The position numbers and the translations under genes are program-made. Below, one piece after another: positions 18,011 to 26,597 of a stretch of DNA of 26,597 bases. The stretch comes from Patescibacteria group bacterium (lineage in GTDB: Bacteria; Patescibacteriota; Patescibacteriia; UBA2591; PGYQ01): contig JBBTVT010000049.1 in assembly GCA_038078655.1 (NCBI GenBank), positions 1 through 26,597 on the forward strand, written 5' to 3'. Each line of letters begins with the position of its first letter. Position 1 is the stretch's first letter. Under the pieces are notes generated by a model. It searched no databases, was not told the origin of the DNA, and saw nothing but the letters and a program-made list of their open reading frames with translations.

Positions 18011-18063
18011 AAATTAAATATCAAAATAAATATAAAATAATAAATACGATTTTAAATTTATTC

Positions 18064-18258
18064 TTACCAACTAGATTTTCTAATTCCCTGAATTTCTCCT
18101 TTATTAGCTAATTCGCGAAAACAGATTCTGCACAAATCAAATTTTCTCATATATCCGTGTTTTCTCCCGCAACGCCAACAACGTCGAACCTTTCTTGTAG
18201 AAAATTTTGGGTTTATTAATGATCTTTCTGATTTTATAATTTGAGCCTGTGTAGCCAT
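18064..18258 (-). CDS. rpsN: 30S ribosomal protein S14, zinc-binding type
   Basis: [15 protein letters not shown]...[10 protein letters not shown]...RKSSW; two CxxC motifs. Confidence 0.96.
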   Translation of the reverse strand: MATQAQIIKSERSLINPKFSTRKVRRCWRCGRKHGYMRKFDLCRICFRELANKGEIQGIRKSSW

Positions 18259-18269
18259 ATTTTTTTTAT

Positions 18270-18812
18270 TTATTTATTTCCTTTCTTTTCGAAAGGAAAC
18301 CCTAATAATTTTAAAAGTTCTAATCCTTCTTCTTTATTTTTTGCTGTCGTTACTATAGTTAATTCTAAACCATGTAAATTGTCAATTTCTTCTGGATTTA
18401 TTTCTGAAAAAACAATATGTTCTCTAAAACCAATGCTATAATTACCATTTTTGTCCATTGATTTTTCAATTAAACCATGAAAATCTCGAAGTCTAGGCAA
18501 AACAACATTTATTAATTTATTTAAAAAATCATACATTTTTGCTTTTCTTAGAGTAACCTTTGCTCCTATTACCATCCCCTGTCTAATTTTAAAATTTGAA
18601 ATTGACTTCTTTGATAAAGTTTTAACTGGTTTTTGTCCGCTAATTCTAGCTAAAGTATTTTCTATCATATTAACTTTATCCTTCATTCCTAAATGAATTC
18701 CAATATTTAATACCACTTTTTCTATTTTAGGTACAGCTAAAATATTTTTATATCCAAATTTTTCTTTTAACACCGGGGTAACATTTTTTATGTAATATTC
18801 TTTTAAAGACAT
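18270..18812 (-). CDS. rplE: 50S ribosomal protein L5
   Basis: [43 protein letters not shown]. Confidence 0.97.
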   Translation of the reverse strand: MSLKEYYIKNVTPVLKEKFGYKNILAVPKIEKVVLNIGIHLGMKDKVNMIENTLARISGQKPVKTLSKKSISNFKIRQGMVIGAKVTLRKAKMYDFLNKLINVVLPRLRDFHGLIEKSMDKNGNYSIGFREHIVFSEINPEEIDNLHGLELTIVTTAKNKEEGLELLKLLGFPFEKKGNK

Positions 18813-18857
18813 AAATTTTAAATTTTTTGATTTATTATTTAATTACAAATTTAAATA

Positions 18858-19166
18858 TTAAATTATTTCATTGCATTTTTTGCATACTCTCGCCTTTTTC
18901 TTATTTTCTAAAATTTTATATCCAACTCGCGTAGATTTTCCACATTTTGAACAAATTAACGTTGCATTAGAAACATTTATTGCTGCCGGAAATTGAACCT
19001 TTTGACCCTTTTCTTTATCATTTTTTGGACGAGTATGTTTAATTTTTAAATTAAGTCCTTCTATAATTACCTTGTTTGTTTTTGGAAAAACACGAAGCAC
19101 CTTCCCTACTTTTCCAATATCCTTACCTGCTAAAATTTTTACCTTATCATTTTTTTTTATTTTCAT
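18858..19166 (-). CDS. rplX: 50S ribosomal protein L24
   Basis: KIKKNDKVKILAGKDIGKVG (KOW motif), INVSN, TRVGYK. Confidence 0.96.
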   Translation of the reverse strand: MKIKKNDKVKILAGKDIGKVGKVLRVFPKTNKVIIEGLNLKIKHTRPKNDKEKGQKVQFPAAINVSNATLICSKCGKSTRVGYKILENKKKARVCKKCNEII

Positions 19167-19190
19167 AATATTTCCAATCAGAAAATTAAA

Positions 19191-19562
19191 TTATAATACT
19201 TCTGGGGCAAGAGAAATTATTTTAGTAAAATTTTTCGTTCGCAATTCTCTTGATATCGGACCAAAAATACGTGTTCCTTTTGGATTTTTTGTTTTTGGAT
19301 CTATAACAACTGCAGCATTTTCATCAAATCTAATATAGGTTCCGTCTTTTCTTTTTGTTTCTTTTCTTGTTCGAACAATCACAGCCTTAACTATATCGCC
19401 TTTTTTTACTGCAGCGCGTGGTTGTGCCTTTTTAACTGTGGCTGTAATAACATCACCAATTCTAGCGTATCTTTTTTTGTAACCACCTAAAACTCTAATG
19501 CACATTATTTCTTTGGCACCACTATTGTCAGCTATTTTTAATATTGAACGATGTTGAATCAT
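19191..19562 (-). CDS. rplN: 50S ribosomal protein L14
   Basis: MIQ...[31 protein letters not shown]. The track start at 19571 is TTG. Confidence 0.97.
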   Translation of the reverse strand: MIQHRSILKIADNSGAKEIMCIRVLGGYKKRYARIGDVITATVKKAQPRAAVKKGDIVKAVIVRTRKETKRKDGTYIRFDENAAVVIDPKTKNPKGTRIFGPISRELRTKNFTKIISLAPEVL

Positions 19563-19636
19563 AAAAAACAAATATACAAAATATAAATCAAAAATCTATT
19601 TAAAAAATATTTTTAATCCGAATTATTAATAAAATT

Positions 19637-19891
19637 TTAAACTTCCTTTACTCTCCATTTTTTCTCTTTACTCAACGGCCTACATTCAACAAAAGTCACC
19701 TTATCTCCTGTTTTATATTTATTCTCTAAATCATGAACCTTATAACGTTTACTCACTTTATAACGTTTTTTATATTTTGGATGAGCCTTGATTCGATCAA
19801 CTCTAACCACAATGGTTTTATCCATTTTATCGCTAACTACAACACCTCGAAAGGTTCTTTTGATAATTTTTTTTTCTTTAACATTTTCCAT
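19637..19891 (-). CDS. rpsQ: 30S ribosomal protein S17
   Basis: GVVVSDKMDKTIVV, HPKYKK, ECRPLSKEKKW. Confidence 0.97.
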   Translation of the reverse strand: MENVKEKKIIKRTFRGVVVSDKMDKTIVVRVDRIKAHPKYKKRYKVSKRYKVHDLENKYKTGDKVTFVECRPLSKEKKWRVKEV

Positions 19892-19919
19892 AAATACTAT
19901 ATTTTTTAAAAACTAAAAA

Positions 19920-20105
19920 TTATTTTTTTATATTTAATAATGTTAATATTCTTGCGATCATTTTTTTTACCCTTCTAATTTCCATAACTTTTTTTAATTG
20001 CTTTAATGCAACTTTAAATCTTAATTCACGCAACTTTTCTCGCGATTCTTGAAGTAATTTTTGCAATTCAATTTCTGATTTTTGTTTTAATTCTTTAACT
20101 TTCAT
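19920..20105 (-). CDS. rpmC: 50S ribosomal protein L29
   Basis: MKVKELKQKS...LRFK...IARILT; canonical position. Confidence 0.92.
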   Translation of the reverse strand: MKVKELKQKSEIELQKLLQESREKLRELRFKVALKQLKKVMEIRRVKKMIARILTLLNIKK

Positions 20106-20107
20106 AT

Positions 20108-20518
20108 TTATCGTATTATAAATTTAGTTTTAATCGGTAATTTATAACTTGCTAATTTCATCGCTTCTTTTGCTTTGTCTTCTGGTATCCCATCCATTTC
20201 AAATAACACAGTTCCTGGTTTAACCACAGCAACATAGTGATCAACTGCTCCTTTACCACTTCCCATAGGAACCTCGGAACTCTTGGATGTTACTGGCTTA
20301 TGAGGAAAAATTCTAATCCAAATTTTGCCACCCTTACGAATAAATTGAACCATTACTTTTCTGGCAGCTTCAATTTGTCTTGAAGTAATCCATTTTTTTC
20401 CCAAAGATTTCAAACCAAAAGAACCAAAACTTACTTTAGTTAATCTTGAAGCCTTTCTTCCAGACATTCCAGCCTGTTGATGCCATTTTCTATGTTTTGT
20501 TTTCTTAGGCATTAACAT
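20108..20518 (-). CDS. rplP: 50S ribosomal protein L16
   Basis: [44 protein letters not shown]. Confidence 0.97.
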   Translation of the reverse strand: MLMPKKTKHRKWHQQAGMSGRKASRLTKVSFGSFGLKSLGKKWITSRQIEAARKVMVQFIRKGGKIWIRIFPHKPVTSKSSEVPMGSGKGAVDHYVAVVKPGTVLFEMDGIPEDKAKEAMKLASYKLPIKTKFIIR

Positions 20519-20534
20519 AAAAATTCAAAATTTC

Positions 20535-20559
20535 ACGCCACAGGCCTAACGCCATAGGC
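20535..20559. repeat. GC-rich tandem 11-mer ACGCCAYAGGC, 14-nt period
   Basis: ACGCCACAGGC (20535-20545), CTA, ACGCCATAGGC (20549-20559) in the rpsC-rplP spacer. Confidence 0.65.
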
Positions 20560-20579
20560 AAAAATAAAATATAAATAAT

Positions 20580-21242
20580 TTAATTTATTGTTTGATTTCC
20601 AAAAATATCCCCTTTATATATCCAAACCTTTACCCCAACAACACCATAAGTAGTAAATGCTCCTCCATTAGCGTAATCAATATTTGCTCGCAATGTATGT
20701 AACGGGATTTTTCCATCAATTAATTTTTCTGAACGTGCAATCGCTACCCCATTTAAACGCCCGCCTACTATTATTTTGGCTCCCTTAGCTCCAGCTTTTT
20801 TAATTCTAGCCATTGCTTGTTTCATCACTCGTCGAAAAGGAATTCGTTTTTCCAAATCAGCAGTCATATCTTGAACAATAATATTTGCAGATAAAGAAAA
20901 ATCTTTTACTTCTAAAATATTTATTTTTAACGCTTTTTTTTCATCATTAAATATCTTTTTTTGTAATTGCCTTTTTATATCTTCAATTCCCTCTCCCCTT
21001 TTGCCAATAATTAATCCCGGCTTAGCAACATGAGCAAAAACTCTTACTTCATCTCCAGATCTTTCAATTTCAATTTTATCTATTCCAGCCCCAGCTTTTT
21101 TAATTTTATTATATAAATTCTCTCTAATCAAAATATCTTCTCGTAATTTTTTTTGATAATCTCTTTTAGAAGAAAACCATTTTGAATCCCAAGAATATAT
21201 TGTTCCGATACGAAAAATTTTTGGATTTACTTTGTGTCCCAT
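20580..21242 (-). CDS. rpsC: 30S ribosomal protein S3
   Basis: MGHKVNPKIFRIG, PGLIIGKRG, GRLNG, PLHTLRANIDY, GVKVWIYKG. Confidence 0.97.
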   Translation of the reverse strand: MGHKVNPKIFRIGTIYSWDSKWFSSKRDYQKKLREDILIRENLYNKIKKAGAGIDKIEIERSGDEVRVFAHVAKPGLIIGKRGEGIEDIKRQLQKKIFNDEKKALKINILEVKDFSLSANIIVQDMTADLEKRIPFRRVMKQAMARIKKAGAKGAKIIVGGRLNGVAIARSEKLIDGKIPLHTLRANIDYANGGAFTTYGVVGVKVWIYKGDIFGNQTIN

Positions 21243-21275
21243 ACAATCTTATAAAAATAAATTTATATAATTAAT

Positions 21276-21848
21276 TTAAACACTCTTACGATTAAACATT
21301 TTTTTCTTAAAGCCGCTATTTTTAAATTTTACTTTTGATTCATTTTTTTCTTCGGTTTTTTTTGTAAGAGATATATCTTTTAAATCTTTTTTATCCTTAA
21401 CTGTTTTTAATTGAATCATTGTATCTTTTTTATCTTCCTTTTTGTTTATTTTGATTGCATTTGTATCTGCGCTATCAAGCGTTATTGTAATATGACTAGT
21501 TCTTTTTCTGATTGGAGCGGTGCGACCGAAAGCTCTCGGCATCCAACGATCTAAGGTTGGACCCTGATTAACAGTTATTTCTTTTATAAATAAATTTTCT
21601 TTTTTTAAATTAAAATTATGTTCAGCATTAGCAATTACCGAATTTAATAATTTTAAAATTGGTCCGGAAGCTTTTTTGCAAATAAACTTTAACTGACTAC
21701 TCGCTTCATTAACATTCATTCCACGAATTACATCCGCTACCAATCGAACCTTTTTAGAAGAAATGTGAATATACTTTGCTTTAGCTTCAATTTTTATTTG
21801 TTTTTCTTCTTTAATTTTATTTTTTTTCTCTTTTTTTTCAACTTCCAT
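21276..21848 (-). CDS. rplV: 50S ribosomal protein L22 with N- and C-terminal extensions
   Basis: KKVRLVADVIRG, ANAEHN, VNQGPTL, PRAFGR, KRTSHITI; 190 aa. Confidence 0.96.
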   Translation of the reverse strand: MEVEKKEKKNKIKEEKQIKIEAKAKYIHISSKKVRLVADVIRGMNVNEASSQLKFICKKASGPILKLLNSVIANAEHNFNLKKENLFIKEITVNQGPTLDRWMPRAFGRTAPIRKRTSHITITLDSADTNAIKINKKEDKKDTMIQLKTVKDKKDLKDISLTKKTEEKNESKVKFKNSGFKKKMFNRKSV

Positions 21849-21869
21849 AACAACTTATTAATTTATAAA

Positions 21870-22193
21870 TTATTTTTTTTCTGGTTTTGATGCTTTGCGA
21901 GCTACTTCAGCCGCTTTTTGCTCCTGATCTTTTTGCATCTTTCCACCATGTCTAACAAATTTTCTTGTTTGTGAAAATTCTCCTAACTTATGCCCTACCA
22001 TATTTTCTACAACAAACACAGGGATATGCACTTTTCCGTTGTGAACTCCAAATGTAAACCCTACCATTTCTGGAGCAATTACACAATTTCGTCTCCAGGT
22101 TTTAATTACAGTCTTATCTCCAGGCTTTAAATTGGATATTTTTTTTAATAATTTTTGATCCACATATGGATCTTTTTTTAATGACCTTGACAT
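21870..22193 (-). CDS. rpsS: 30S ribosomal protein S19
   Basis: [25 protein letters not shown]. Confidence 0.97.
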   Translation of the reverse strand: MSRSLKKDPYVDQKLLKKISNLKPGDKTVIKTWRRNCVIAPEMVGFTFGVHNGKVHIPVFVVENMVGHKLGEFSQTRKFVRHGGKMQKDQEQKAAEVARKASKPEKK

Positions 22194-22216
22194 AATATAA
22201 AATTAAAATAAATTGT

Positions 22217-23041
22217 CTATTTTCTTCTTTTAATAATTAATCTGCTGCTCCATTTTTTCTTGTTTCTCGTTTTAACGCCTAAAGCAGGTTTACCCCATGG
22301 GGTCTTTGGATGTTTTAATCCAATCGGACATTGTCCTTCTCCTCCTCCATGTGGATGATCAACTGGATTCATTGCTTTTCCACGAACCGAAGGTCTTATT
22401 CCCATATGGCGTTTGCGTCCAGCTTTTCCAATTCTAATATTATTATGATCTAGATTACTGACTCGTCCAATTGTTGCTAAACATTCATTTAAAACTAATC
22501 TTACTTCCTTTGATGGCATTTTTAATTGCGCGTACTTTCCTTCTGTGGATTGAATAAGCGCTGCGGTTCCAGCCGATCTAATGATTTTCCCGCCCTTTCC
22601 AGGTTGTAATTCTATATTATGAACAAACATTCCGCTTGGAATATATTTTAATGGTAAACAATTTCCATTTTTAATTTCTATCTGAGATTTTGAAGATAAA
22701 ATTTCATCACCTACTTTTAATTCATCTGGAGCAATAATATATCTTTTTTCTTTATCTTCATATTCCAATAAAGCAATCCAAGCAGAACAATTTGGATTAT
22801 ATTCCAACGCAATAACTTTTGCTTTTGCATCAAATTTATTTCTTTTAAAATCCATTATTCTGTAATATCTTTTTTCTCCGCCACCTTGATGTCTAACAGT
22901 AATTTTACCATGAGATCTTCCAGATTTCTTTTTCTTAATTCTTATCAAAGATTTTTCTGGTCTCTTTTTTGTTAATCCTTTTGTGCTTACAATAGACATT
23001 TTTCTTCTTGATGGCGTTGTAGGTTTATAAACTTTTATCAT
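22217..23041 (-). CDS. rplB: 50S ribosomal protein L2
   Basis: [38 protein letters not shown]. Confidence 0.98.
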   Translation of the reverse strand: MIKVYKPTTPSRRKMSIVSTKGLTKKRPEKSLIRIKKKKSGRSHGKITVRHQGGGEKRYYRIMDFKRNKFDAKAKVIALEYNPNCSAWIALLEYEDKEKRYIIAPDELKVGDEILSSKSQIEIKNGNCLPLKYIPSGMFVHNIELQPGKGGKIIRSAGTAALIQSTEGKYAQLKMPSKEVRLVLNECLATIGRVSNLDHNNIRIGKAGRKRHMGIRPSVRGKAMNPVDHPHGGGEGQCPIGLKHPKTPWGKPALGVKTRNKKKWSSRLIIKRRK

Positions 23042-23060
23042 AAATCATATTAACAAAAAT

Positions 23061-23447
23061 TTAAAAATTTTCTATTTTTTCTCCTTGTTTTAATGAAACA
23101 ATTGCTTTCTTCCAATCCTTTGTCTTTCCTTTTGCTTTCCCATATCTCACATTTTTCCCTTTTACTATTACAATATTAACATTTATTGGTTTTACATTAT
23201 AAACAGCCCGAATAGCTTTTTGTATTTCTACTTTATTTGCATTTTTGGCAACCTCAAAAACATATTGATTTAATATTGCTAAATTTGTTGTTTTTTCTGT
23301 ATTTATTGGTCTAATCAAAATTCGATAAGCATCTTTATAATTTAATTTTTCACTTACATTTTTTTTTGACACTACAACTTCTTTTGTTACTTTTTTTATT
23401 TCTTTATTTTCTTTTATTGTTTTTTTAGTTTTATCAAATAATTTCAT
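23061..23447 (-). CDS. rplW: 50S ribosomal protein L23 with N-terminal extension
   Basis: RPINTEK, YVFEV, ANKVEI, DWKKAIVSL. Confidence 0.95.
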   Translation of the reverse strand: MKLFDKTKKTIKENKEIKKVTKEVVVSKKNVSEKLNYKDAYRILIRPINTEKTTNLAILNQYVFEVAKNANKVEIQKAIRAVYNVKPINVNIVIVKGKNVRYGKAKGKTKDWKKAIVSLKQGEKIENF

Positions 23448-23466
23448 ATTAATTATAATTGATTTA

Positions 23467-24150
23467 TTAATTTTGGGAATGATTCAAATATGTTTTTTCT
23501 ATTTTTTTAATTCCTTCCTTTGTAATTAACAAATATTTATATTTTAATAAATCTACAACATTCAAACAATCTGCTCTAATTGTTAATATTTTAGGAACAT
23601 TTTTTATTGCGCGAACCAAATATTCATTTTTTTTCTCAACAACAACCAATATTGATTTGTTCTCTTTCTTGTTTTCTACTTGCTTCTCGCTTGATAATTG
23701 AAATAATTTATTTAAATCTTTTAATGTTTTCAAAAATACTTTTGTTTTTCCCTCTTTTAGTTCTATTTTATCCAATACAGTCATAGCATTATTTGCCACC
23801 TTATCTGACAAAACCATAAAAAGCGCTTTTTTCTTCATTTTTTTGTTTACCTTTTGAGAAAAATTTCTTTCTTTTGTAGGCCCAAAAACTATTCCTCCTC
23901 CTTTCCAAAGTGGAGAACGAGTTGTTCCAGCTCGAGCGCGACCTGTTCCTTTTTGTTTCCATGGTTTTCTTCCACCACCTCGAACCTGTCCTCGCGTCTT
24001 AGTGTGAGCTAAAACCTGTCTTGCATTAGCCATTTGAGCCACCACTATTTGATGTATTACTTCTGATTTTGCTTCTACGTTAAAAATAGCTGGATTTAAT
24101 TCTTGTTCTTCAATTTTATTTCCTTCTTGATTGTAAACCGCAATCTTCAT
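23467..24150 (-). CDS. rplD: 50S ribosomal protein L4
   Basis: HTKTRGQVRGGGRKPWKQKGTGRARAG, PLWKGGGIVFGP. Confidence 0.98.
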   Translation of the reverse strand: MKIAVYNQEGNKIEEQELNPAIFNVEAKSEVIHQIVVAQMANARQVLAHTKTRGQVRGGGRKPWKQKGTGRARAGTTRSPLWKGGGIVFGPTKERNFSQKVNKKMKKKALFMVLSDKVANNAMTVLDKIELKEGKTKVFLKTLKDLNKLFQLSSEKQVENKKENKSILVVVEKKNEYLVRAIKNVPKILTIRADCLNVVDLLKYKYLLITKEGIKKIEKTYLNHSQN

Positions 24151-24214
24151 AAATTAAGTCAATTAGAATAATTAGAATTGTTGCTTAATAAAACTATTAG
24201 CAAAGTGCTTTTCA

Positions 24215-24844
24215 TTACTTACTAACAATTTTTACTAAAGAATTTCTTGCTCCAGGAATTGTTCCTTTTAAAGCCAATAAATTTTTTTCAAGATCAATTG
24301 AAACCACTTTAAGATTTTTAATTGTAATTTGTCGATTTCCCATATGCCCTGCCATACGTGTCCCCTTAAAAACTCTGGCTGGTTCGGTTGATCCTATAGA
24401 TCCCGGCATACGAAGCTGATCTTTGTGTCCATGTGAAGCAGGCGATCCATGAAATCCATGTCTTCGTACTACCCCTTGAAAACCCCTACCCTTTGAAACT
24501 CCAATTGCTTTAACGACATCTCCAACTTTAAAAACTGAAACATCTATTTTGTCTCCAATCTTATATTCCTCATTTTCATTTTTAACTATTTTTTTACTAT
24601 CCTTTTCTCTAAACTCTCTTACATATCGATAATTTCCTAAATTTTTAAAATGCCCTGTTAAGGGCTTATTTATTTTTTTCTTTTTATCAAATCCAATTTG
24701 AATAGCTTCATATTTATCCTTTTCTTTAGTTTTTACTTGAATTACACCACAAGGTCCAGCTACTAAAATAGTTACTGGCACAACATTATTTTGTTCATCA
24801 AATACTTGAGACATTTCAATTTTTTTTCCCAAAATAAATTTCAT
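24215..24844 (-). CDS. rplC: 50S ribosomal protein L3
   Basis: ILGKKIEMSQ, SKGRGFQGVVRRH, RMPGSIG, GTRMAGHMG. Confidence 0.98.
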   Translation of the reverse strand: MKFILGKKIEMSQVFDEQNNVVPVTILVAGPCGVIQVKTKEKDKYEAIQIGFDKKKKINKPLTGHFKNLGNYRYVREFREKDSKKIVKNENEEYKIGDKIDVSVFKVGDVVKAIGVSKGRGFQGVVRRHGFHGSPASHGHKDQLRMPGSIGSTEPARVFKGTRMAGHMGNRQITIKNLKVVSIDLEKNLLALKGTIPGARNSLVKIVSK

Positions 24845-24857
24845 AAAATTAATTAAT

Positions 24858-24928
24858 AAAAAAACAGAAACTTTTCTATAAAATTTTCAAAAGCTAACAA
24901 CTGTTTATAAAAAAATTTCTGTTTTTTT
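24858..24928 (-). terminator. Long hairpin ending in a U-tract, 13 nt upstream of rplC
   Basis: 25-bp stem (24858-24882 with 24904-24928). The two plus-strand C/A mismatches become G-U pairs on the transcribed minus strand; 21-nt loop. Confidence 0.6.
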
Positions 24929-25079
24929 TATTTTAAGTTGATTTTTTGTTTGAAAAGATTAATCTCCCTAATCGTAATAAATTTTTTTAACTTCTTTTCT
25001 CTTTATTTAGAATAATGAGAAGTAAACTAAAACAATTTATTACTTAAAATTTTAACTTTAAAAATATAAATTTATATTA

Positions 25080-25475
25080 CTACATTTTAATTTCAATATC
25101 AACCCCTGCCGGTAAACTCAAATTTGTTAATGCTTCTACTACCTTTGAAGTTGGATCAACAATATCAATTAATCTTTTGTGTATACGCATTTCAAACTGA
25201 TCTCTTGCATCCTTGTGAACAAAAGTAGAACGTAAAACAGTATATTTACTTTTTTCAATTGGCAACGGAACTGGCCCAATAATTTTCACATCTAATTTCT
25301 CAATAGTATCTAAAATCATTCGTATCGCTTTATCTATTATTTTATGATCAAAAGCTTTAATTTTAATACGAATTCTTTGATGATAATCTTCATTTTTGTT
25401 ATTATCTACATCATTTTTTTCTTCTACTATTTTTTTTACTTTTTGATCTTTTTTGATTTCCTTTTTTTCTTTCAT
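25080..25475 (-). CDS. rpsJ: 30S ribosomal protein S10 with charged N-terminal extension
   Basis: RIRIKIKAFDH, GPVPLP, RDQFEMRIHKRLIDI, LPAGVDIEIK. Confidence 0.97.
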   Translation of the reverse strand: MKEKKEIKKDQKVKKIVEEKNDVDNNKNEDYHQRIRIKIKAFDHKIIDKAIRMILDTIEKLDVKIIGPVPLPIEKSKYTVLRSTFVHKDARDQFEMRIHKRLIDIVDPTSKVVEALTNLSLPAGVDIEIKM

Positions 25476-25581
25476 AAAAAAATAATTAACCTATAGGAAA
25501 TAAAATAAAATATAAAACAAAAAATGGTAATATAAAATTTAAAATACTATTTTTATTATTCTTTGTAATCCCAAATAAATC

Positions 25582-25923
25582 CTAAAATTTTTCCAATAAT
25601 ACTACAATTTGTTTTTTTAATTTTGGAATATCGTTTTTAGCAGTGTCCCAAACTCTTTCCATACATACACCAAAATATTCATGAACAAGAATATTTCGCA
25701 TTCCTGCTATATCTTTCCATGGAATTTCTGGATATTTTTTCTTGATTCCAATTGGAATATTTTTTATTGCTTCACCAATAATTTCTATTCTTTTCATTAT
25801 AGCATCTTGTTTTTCATAATTCTTTAAAAATTCATTCTTTGTTTTCTTTTTAACATATTGTTCAATTTTATTAATACTGTCCAAAATGTCCTTCAAAAAA
25901 AATTTAGGATTTTTATTCCTCAT
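25582..25923 (-). CDS. HEPN-domain toxin (HepT/DUF86-like RNase)
   Basis: RIEIIGEA, PEIPWKDIAGMRNILVHEY (RX4H), VWDT; overlaps the MNT gene by 11 nt. Confidence 0.9.
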   Translation of the reverse strand: MRNKNPKFFLKDILDSINKIEQYVKKKTKNEFLKNYEKQDAIMKRIEIIGEAIKNIPIGIKKKYPEIPWKDIAGMRNILVHEYFGVCMERVWDTAKNDIPKLKKQIVVLLEKF

Positions 25924-26251
25924 AAATTAATTTTTGTTCTTTTAAAACTATGTCTCTAAAAAATGGATGTATTGCGCCATATTCAACAAGATCAACTTTT
26001 TTGCCAAGTATTTGCTCTAAATTTAATTTTAAATGAGCAACATCAAGTAATGTTTTACCCTTTTTAAGATTGATTAGTAAATCAATATCACTTGTTTTTT
26101 TAATTTCACCTCGCGCAAAAGAACCAAAAAATGCTGCCTTAGTTACTCCTTGATGCTTTAAAATTGGCACTATTTGTTTTTTTACTTTTTGAATAATAAC
26201 AATAGAATCTTTTTTGAGAATGTCTTTTTTAGAAACTTTTTTTTCTTTCAT
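25913..26251 (-). CDS. Minimal nucleotidyltransferase antitoxin (MntA-like)
   Basis: FGSFARGEIKKTSDIDLLI (GS-X10-DXD), LEQILGKKVDLV. The track start at 26293 is less likely. Confidence 0.9.
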   Translation of the reverse strand: MKEKKVSKKDILKKDSIVIIQKVKKQIVPILKHQGVTKAAFFGSFARGEIKKTSDIDLLINLKKGKTLLDVAHLKLNLEQILGKKVDLVEYGAIHPFFRDIVLKEQKLIYEE

Positions 26252-26354
26252 AAAAATTACATTTTTTTCACAAAAAAATAAACACAAATCCAATAAATTA
26301 TTTATAAATATTCCTTAAAATTTTATCTCATTTCTTTTTCACAAAAAAAATCTA

Positions 26355-26597
26355 TTATTTTATAACTAGTTTAATCAAAATTCCATACTTTTTAACAAAA
26401 TCCATTATTTCTTTAGCGCCAAATATATCTCCTCCATTAATACACCCTTCGGCTCTCTTCTGGCAAGCAGTTTTTATTTCTTCATTCTCATTTAAATCAA
26501 TCTTAATTCCATACTTTTCAGCAAAATCCATTATTTTTTTAACACCCTCTACATCTCCTTTATCAATACACTCTTTCACTCTCCCTATACAAGCAGT
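26355..26597 (-). CDS. C-terminal end of a 42-aa repeat protein, partial (open to the right edge)
   Basis: The frame stays open from 26597: TACIGRVKECIDKGDVEGVKKIMDFAEKYGIKIDLNENEEIK then TACQKRAEGCINGGDIFGAKEIMDFVKKYGILIK. AAGCAGT recurs at 26465 and 26591 (126 nt apart). Confidence 0.75.
   Translation of the reverse strand, partial: TACIGRVKECIDKGDVEGVKKIMDFAEKYGIKIDLNENEEIKTACQKRAEGCINGGDIFGAKEIMDFVKKYGILIKLVIK

Noticed and set aside
4305-19338. Other short opposite-strand ORFs in the track (for example 4923-5267, 6298-6624, 9100-9333, 16083-16520, 17760-18017, 19072-19338)
   Set aside because: All overlap well-supported genes and have F/L/I-rich shadow composition typical of AT-rich antisense frames.
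25520-25554. Weak hairpin between the HEPN gene and rpsJ
   Set aside because: Mostly A-T pairs with an A-C mismatch on the transcribed strand; compatible with chance.
1-26597. tRNA, rRNA, transposase, integrase or prophage genes
   Set aside because: No intergenic space with cloverleaf or rRNA character and no ORF with such motifs.

Overview
AT-rich bacterial chromosomal window in the standard genetic code, most consistent with a Patescibacteria (CPR, Parcubacteria-like) genome; this is inferred from the absence of uL30, the KH/trmD arrangement and the sequence style. From left to right it holds a partial HEAT-repeat gene and glyA (minus strand), then a plus-strand block: small hypothetical gene, khpA, trmD, NrdG-type radical SAM activase, MurE-like ligase, an N-terminal-only UvrD/PcrA helicase and pyk. 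A long minus-strand run follows: a 42-aa repeat protein (partial), an MNT/HEPN toxin-antitoxin pair, the S10 and spc ribosomal protein genes through secY (no rpmD), an atypical FtsH-like protease, dprA, topA and comF. No rRNA, tRNA, CRISPR array or transposase was seen. The least ordinary signals are: (1) two GC-rich tandem GCC-N3-GGC-type elements in otherwise A/T spacers of the ribosomal operon; (2) stem-loops ending 13-20 nt upstream of start codons; (3) a T at position -1 in all 20 ribosomal protein starts with no clear Shine-Dalgarno motif; (4) an FtsH paralog lacking the periplasmic domain directly after secY; (5) a half helicase abutting pyk; and (6) repeat proteins at both window edges. 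Several start coordinates were moved from the ORF track to the start best supported by family N-termini.
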